A stretch of DNA of 64,000 nt, taken from assembly GCA_054600435.1 (NCBI GenBank), contig BAAIJX010000025.1, forward strand, positions 248,001-312,000, given 5' to 3'. Of this stretch, positions 58,926 through 64,000 are shown in pieces (positions within the stretch are counted from its first letter, which is position 1; each line of letters opens with the position of its first letter). Under the pieces are notes generated by a model. That model ran no database searches and had not been told where the DNA came from. It saw nothing but the letters and a program-made list of their open reading frames with translations. Origin of the DNA: Neophaeotheca triangularis. Lineage: Eukaryota. The position numbers and the translations under genes are program-made.

Positions 58926-61730
58926 ATGCCTTTCAACACCCTCACAGTCGCAACGGCAGTGACCCCCTCAGTCATCGAAACCTACATCTCCCACTACCTG
59001 AACCGCGCGCCCTTGCGCCAGAAACCAACCGCCCACATCTCCTACCACGAAGGCCTGCGCCTGATACGGCAGTTCCTGGACTATAGCTCCAAACACCGCG
59101 TCGAGGACTTGCAAGCCTTTACCGCGCAATGGGTGCCGGCGCCAACATGGGTGCGCGCCGTGGACATGGCGGTGCCGGAACAATTCCTGGATCGCGCCGC
59201 GGAGCTCTTGGTCAAGCAGCTGGGACCGCGAGGCGTCGATAAGATCGGCGGTAAGAAGTGGTGGCGCTGGCGCAGGTCGGAGCTTAAAGCCGAATGGATC
59301 GAGATGAAAAAGGATTATGCCGAGAGGAAGCGTACCGGGGGCGAGGGCGACCGTGTGATGCTTTATATACACGGCGGGGCCTATTACTTTGGTTCCGTAG
59401 ATGAGCATCGTTATCAGATGCAGCGACATGCGAGGAAGCTGAAGGCGAGGGTCTTGGCGCCGCGGTATAGGCTCGCGCCGCAGTTTCCTTTTCCCTGTGG
59501 TTTGTATGATTGCATTGCGACGTACCTGTATCTGTTGGAGGATTTTGCCCCAGAGCAGATCTTGGTGGGGGGTGATTCGGCGGGTGGTGGCATGACGCTG
59601 AGTATGCTTGTTACGCTGCGAGACCAGGGGATACCGTTGCCGGCCGGGACGATCTTGCTCAGTCCGTGGGTTGATTTGACGCATTCGTTTCCTTCGGTTG
59701 CTGGAGATGGCGATGGTGACTATATACCTCCGCACGGCTTCCTGCACAAGCCGAGCCCGGCGTGGCCTCCACCCAACAGCGACGAGATGAAGGCGATTGC
59801 TAAGAGCGCCGTTCAAGATCTCGTCGATAAGGAGGCAAAAGCAGTTCGGAAGAGTATGGCGGACGATGGTGGCCGGAGGGGTTCTGCGGAAAAAACGCAC
59901 GATCAAAAAATGGGTATGGAGGAGCAAGAGGCGATTCAGGGGTTTACTGTGGACGAGGATCCCAACATCAAGAAACAAGAGAACCCAAACAATCCGGCCA
60001 CTTCTGGTAGAAGGGACACAGCCGCTGGATCCACCATACCCGGGCCGGGACACGACTTGTCTATCATGATCGACGGTGATATGATTCAGATCAAAGACCA
60101 AATTCAGCTGTATACCACGAACCAGTTACTCGCGCATCCGTTGGTCTCGCCTGTCACCCAGCCGTCGCTTGGTGGCCTTCCGCCGATGCTGATCCAAGTC
60201 GGTGGATCTGAACTACTGCGCGATGAACAACTATACCTCGCACACAAAGCAGCGAACCCGAAAGTGTACCCCTCGAGCGACTGGATACTCGACGAATACG
60301 ATCCCCACCGACATATTGCCAACAAGTACCCACCGACAGACGTACAACTGCAACTCTGGGACGATCTCTGTCACGTCCCTCACACATTGTCCTTCACGCG
60401 ACCGGCCAAGTACATGTACCGCTCAGTTGCCCAGTTCGGCGCATGGGCACTCGCACATGCCCAGCACAAAGCCATAACCATCCCCGACGACGATTCCCTC
60501 TCCATCATCAGCTCCGGCACCGACTCCAACAACTCCGATGCCCCAGACAAATCCTCCGATTCCTTACCCAAATCCAAAAAACCTAACCCAGACAGCACGT
60601 CCACTAGCAAACAACAGCAACAGCAAAGTCCGACATCTTCAGTAGGCAAAGCCGGCGACCCACTCCCGTCCTTCAAACGCCACATGATCCGGCAACGTAT
60701 CACGCGCCACGGCATCATCTATCCCCTAGTGCCCCCCAGCGAGCTCGAAGCCCTCAACCTCGACGCGGCAACCATCGGCATAATAAAACCCGGCCCAGTA
60801 CGCAAATGGCTCGCAGCGAAAAAGGCAAACGACATGAAATTCGCGACCGAAAAACGCAAAATCCAAAAGAAAATGACGCAAGAGATCGCCTCCGGCCCGG
60901 GAAGCAGGGGCACGGAAAACGACGAACTTTTGATCGGCGACGAGGTGCCGCCCCCGACAGCTCTAGCGGGCAGGAAGGACAGAATGGGCGTCGCCGGCGG
61001 CGGTAGGGCGGGCGTCAACAAGGGCAAGAAAAGCTGGGGGCTGGCCATGTGGAGCGGTTGGGGCTCCAATCACGACCAAGACACCATTGAGCGCGAGGAA
61101 AAAGCCATTGCCGGTCGAAGGGACAGCGCTTCCCGCTCCTCGCGGCGGAAATCCAGCCAACGCCCTGAAGCCACCGAGCCCGAAACCGCCGCTCTGCGTG
61201 AAACAAGCGTCGCCGACAAAGGCCAGCTCGAGGGCTCCAACACATCCCTCCCCGCCGCCGCCAGCGCCACGGATGGGTCTCAAGACTTCCCTGCCGCTCC
61301 CACGGTTGCTGCCATGCGCCGCACCAGTTCTAAAGTCGAGGGCTCCGAGTCTACGTACCTCAGCCAAGAGTCCAGTCGCCCCCACAATGGTACCGTGGCT
61401 TATCCTTTCAAATTGCGGAGCCCGGGTTTGGCTGAAAACGAGAGTGGTAATACTAGCACGCTGACGCTGGATTCACACCTGGCGCTCTCGTTGGCGCCTG
61501 AGGAGGGGGAGTCAGGCGGTGGTGTTGGTGAGAGTGGGTTAGATGATGGTGTTGGGGTTGCGTGGAAGGAGGGACAGATTCTTGATTCTCACGCCGAGGA
61601 CGTCGCTGCTAGGGCTGTTGGAGCGCCTGTTGCGGCTGCTGTTGGGGATAGGACGGAATTGGAGAGACCGTGTCTGGAGACTTTTACGACTGCAAGGGAA
61701 CCGGAGGATATACCAAAGGCGAGGGAGTGA
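58926..61730 (+). CDS. Alpha/beta-hydrolase, hormone-sensitive-lipase (GDSAG) family esterase/lipase with a long disordered C-terminus
   Basis: MLYIHGGAYYFGS, YRLAPQFPFP, GDSAGG, LLSPWVDL, LPPMLIQVGGSELLRDE, WDDLCHV. Confidence 0.92.
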   Translation: MPFNTLTVATAVTPSVIETYISHYLNRAPLRQKPTAHISYHEGLRLIRQFLDYSSKHRVEDLQAFTAQWVPAPTWVRAVDMAVPEQFLDRAAELLVKQLGPRGVDKIGGKKWWRWRRSELKAEWIEMKKDYAERKRTGGEGDRVMLYIHGGAYYFGSVDEHRYQMQRHARKLKARVLAPRYRLAPQFPFPCGLYDCIATYLYLLEDFAPEQILVGGDSAGGGMTLSMLVTLRDQGIPLPAGTILLSPWVDLTHSFPSVAGDGDGDYIPPHGFLHKPSPAWPPPNSDEMKAIAKSAVQDLVDKEAKAVRKSMADDGGRRGSAEKTHDQKMGMEEQEAIQGFTVDEDPNIKKQENPNNPATSGRRDTAAGSTIPGPGHDLSIMIDGDMIQIKDQIQLYTTNQLLAHPLVSPVTQPSLGGLPPMLIQVGGSELLRDEQLYLAHKAANPKVYPSSDWILDEYDPHRHIANKYPPTDVQLQLWDDLCHVPHTLSFTRPAKYMYRSVAQFGAWALAHAQHKAITIPDDDSLSIISSGTDSNNSDAPDKSSDSLPKSKKPNPDSTSTSKQQQQQSPTSSVGKAGDPLPSFKRHMIRQRITRHGIIYPLVPPSELEALNLDAATIGIIKPGPVRKWLAAKKANDMKFATEKRKIQKKMTQEIASGPGSRGTENDELLIGDEVPPPTALAGRKDRMGVAGGGRAGVNKGKKSWGLAMWSGWGSNHDQDTIEREEKAIAGRRDSASRSSRRKSSQRPEATEPETAALRETSVADKGQLEGSNTSLPAAASATDGSQDFPAAPTVAAMRRTSSKVEGSESTYLSQESSRPHNGTVAYPFKLRSPGLAENESGNTSTLTLDSHLALSLAPEEGESGGGVGESGLDDGVGVAWKEGQILDSHAEDVAARAVGAPVAAAVGDRTELERPCLETFTTAREPEDIPKARE

Positions 61731-61958
61731 AGTTAAACCGAAAAGGGGGCTTGAAGCGTTTAAGAGCAAAGCAGCTTGCATTAGGCAAATTCAGATATAG
61801 TCAACTAATGCAGTATGTTTCTTGTCGCCTTGGAGTAGGTAAGTAGCAATAATAGAGAGTGAAAAGTAAGTAGGTATCGGGCTAGGATGTCTAGAGAGAA
61901 AAATAAAAATAAAAAACATGAAGTTGGCGATATTTACGTCAAATTCATAGAATAACGC

Positions 61959-61976
61959 AAAATGCAAAACGCAAAA
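61959..61976 (-). terminator. Pol III terminator-like T4 runs after the tRNA
   Basis: Minus strand TTTTGCGTTTTGCATTTT immediately 3' of the discriminator base. Confidence 0.6.
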
Positions 61977-62059
61977 TGCCCACTCCCCGAATCGAACGAG
62001 GGATCTTGTCATAACGTTGAAGATACGAGTGACACGCTGTACCACTAAGCCAAGCGGGC
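61977..62059 (-). tRNA. tRNA-Thr(CGU) with an 11-nt intron (62023-62013)
   Basis: Minus strand folds as acceptor GCCCGCT/AGTGGGC+A, D-loop AGTGGT, anticodon stem TGTCA/TGACA with CT-CGT-A (anticodon 62027-62025), intron TCTTCAACGTT at 37/38 (contains ACG, complementary to the anticodon), T-arm CCTCG-TTCGATT-CGGGG. Confidence 0.95.
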
Positions 62060-62426
62060 AAGGTAATTCTGCAAGCATGCGGGAATACCCGAAACTTTGG
62101 GGTTTTTGTATATATATGCAAAATTAAATCTTCGAGCATCATCTTGATCGAGAGGGTGCAATGGAGAATACCACAGAAAGTGGGCTCTCTATGTGTCACT
62201 TGAATCTCCAACAAAAACATCCTTGGAAGGCCTGTCATGTTCCTCCCGGCGAGGAGATGCATTTGTGTGCGTCTAGGAAAACCGCAGTATCAGCGCACCC
62301 AGTTGCCGTGAGATAGCTCAAGCTCGTACAAGCATACAGAGACGGGCCTTTTCAGCCAGCCGAGGAGGGCACAGCAAAAAGCCACGCCCAGGGAAAGCTG
62401 TCAGCCAGGCTATATTGACAAGGTAG

Positions 62427-64000
62427 CTACTTCATTAAAGAGATGTCCTCAGAGGCCGGGCTAGGAGGCAGCTTCCCAGTGGCCCACACGATCGGCTCAC
62501 TCCCAAGCACAAACTCCAACCTCCCTCCATGCTCAAAAACATCCTCCCATGTCACCCACGCCCGATCCCAGTCCTCACCATTGACCTTCAGACTCTGTAC
62601 ATAAAACGCCGTCTCCGCATTGCCACCCGTTGAAGTAATATGCAGAGTCTTGCCATCAGCAAGCGCAACTTTCATCTCCTCGAACCAAGGCGACCCGATG
62701 AGGAAAGTCGTTTGTCCGGTGATAGGGTACAAGCCGATCATATTCCAGAGAATCCACGTTTGCATTGCGCCCGCGTCGCTATTGCCTGGTAGCCCGGCCC
62801 GCCCGGCGCCGAAGAAGCTCTTGGCTGAGTGGCGAGAATGCTTGACTGAGAGGTCCTGACGGCCGGCGAAGTTGAAGAGGTATGGGGTGGTGAACGAGGG
62901 CTGGTTGCCCGGGTCGTAGAGCGTCGAGCCGAATCGCTCGTTGTCTTCGTAGATGCCGGGCTCGAAGAACTTTTCCAGTCGTTTTATAAAGGTCTCCCGA
63001 CCGCCCGATAGCTGTATGATCTTGTAGATGTCGTGGTGGGCGTTGAGGGAGTAGCTCCAGGGAGTGTCCTGGTAGAAGGGATCACTCCAGTAACAGCCGC
63101 CGCACTGCAGAGTGTCGTAGGGGTCTTCGAAGCTGCCGTTGGCGTAGCGGGGTGCGACGAAGCCGGTGAAGTTGAGGGATTCTTGTCCGGGGTTCCAGTG
63201 ATTGCGCCAGTTGCGCGATCGGCCGAGGTACCTGGTTGCGTCTTCACTCTTGTTTAGCCCCGTGGCCACTTGGTACAAGCCGAAATCGTTGGCCGAGTAT
63301 TCAATCGCTCGCGAGACTGCACGGTTGAAACGAGGCGTGATGTATCCGTACTCAAGCCAATCCGGAAGAGCACCCCGGCCTTCTTTGGTGGAAGCATCCG
63401 GCGACATGGGGTCGTTGTTGTTCGGCGGAACAACCTCTGCGTTTGTTCTCATGGCGGTGTAACCGTCTTGCCAGTCAATACCGCCTCTGACGCCTTTCAC
63501 GTAGGCATCCGCAAGAACGTTGTCAGCGTTCGAGCCTCCTTGCGTCTTACCATTGAAGTTGGATGATCTTCCGTCAGGCATGAAGCCTTCGTAGCGCCAA
63601 ATGTCGATGAGCGAGCGGATCTGGTCCTCGTACGCGGACGGTTGCAGGACGTGCATGAGGGCTGTAGAGCAACGAAACAGGTCCCACAGGCTATGCCATA
63701 TAGTCAGCGCCACCAGTCGAATTACATGAATTTCAGACTTACACAAAAACGTCGTCGTAATAGGGCTCAGGAGGGTCCCAATGAGGATTTTCGCCGGAAC
63801 GGTTAGACGGGATGATATGCATGCCGTACAGGTACGAATACAGCTGGGTAAGAACCGTTTCGTTCCTCTCGTTTGTTGTAATCTTGCTGAAGACTTCATC
63901 GTTCCACCTATCCTGCGCTCGAGAGACAAGCGTGTCCAAGGTGGTACTCATCGGCATCTCGGACTGCACATAGCCACAGGCCCGTTCGGTGGAGATGAAC
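62427..64000 (-). CDS. Glycoside hydrolase family 92 alpha-mannosidase (5' part beyond the window). Exons >64000-63743, 63690-62427
   Basis: FISTERAC, LYSYLYGMHIIPSNRSGENP.W..EPYYDDVF|VLWDLFR, TQGGSNADNVLADAYVKG, KEGRGALPDW, VSRAIEYS.NDF, GNQPSF, LPGNSDAGAMQTW..W.MIGLYP. Intron 63742-63691. Confidence 0.93.

Noticed and set aside
58968..60101. Long antisense ORFs (377 aa opposite the hydrolase; likewise 40119-41024, 2844-3575, 57481-58197, 23300-24001)
   Set aside because: Shadow ORFs produced by GC-rich codon bias of the real gene on the other strand; no motifs recognised.
62421..62429. TAG-CTA stop context of GH92 as a readthrough signal
   Set aside because: The established leaky context is TGA-CTA, and the extension does not end in a PTS1 or other recognisable signal.

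Overview
Eukaryotic, intron-containing DNA from a filamentous ascomycete (GT..CTRAC..AG introns mostly 50-90 nt; gene content and sequences suggest a Dothideomycete, by inference). It is a gene-dense core-genome segment with about 23 recognisable protein genes: DUS4 (5'-truncated), TOF1/Swi1, VPS35, a conserved secreted/membrane-anchored protein, a Pro/Ser-rich hypothetical, the C2H2 factor Con7 (flanked by about 3.7 and 4.4 kb of non-coding DNA), a BTB protein, a ChAPs/exomer subunit, HIR3, a kinesin, a PPR protein, DBP2, a THI20-like HMP kinase/TenA fusion, an LRR/RNI-like protein, Rad9 (9-1-1), an RCC1/ATS1-like protein, RPS16, a MAPEG protein, VNX1, RPT6, TSR2, an HSL-family hydrolase and a 5'-truncated GH92 mannosidase. 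It also has an intron-containing tRNA-Thr(CGU). Exon/intron structures were rebuilt by hand because the ORF track ignores splicing. I found no transposon, CRISPR, secondary-metabolite cluster or clearly new multi-gene system. The best leads are: a GH92 with Gln at the apparent general-acid position; the structured 501-nt DBP2 autoregulatory intron with a candidate poison acceptor; a 228-nt stop-free in-frame intron in the kinesin motor domain; an unannotated canonical intron far upstream of Con7; recurrent TACCT/AGGTA palindromic clusters in intergenic DNA; and a C-rich to G-rich polarity switch along genes.
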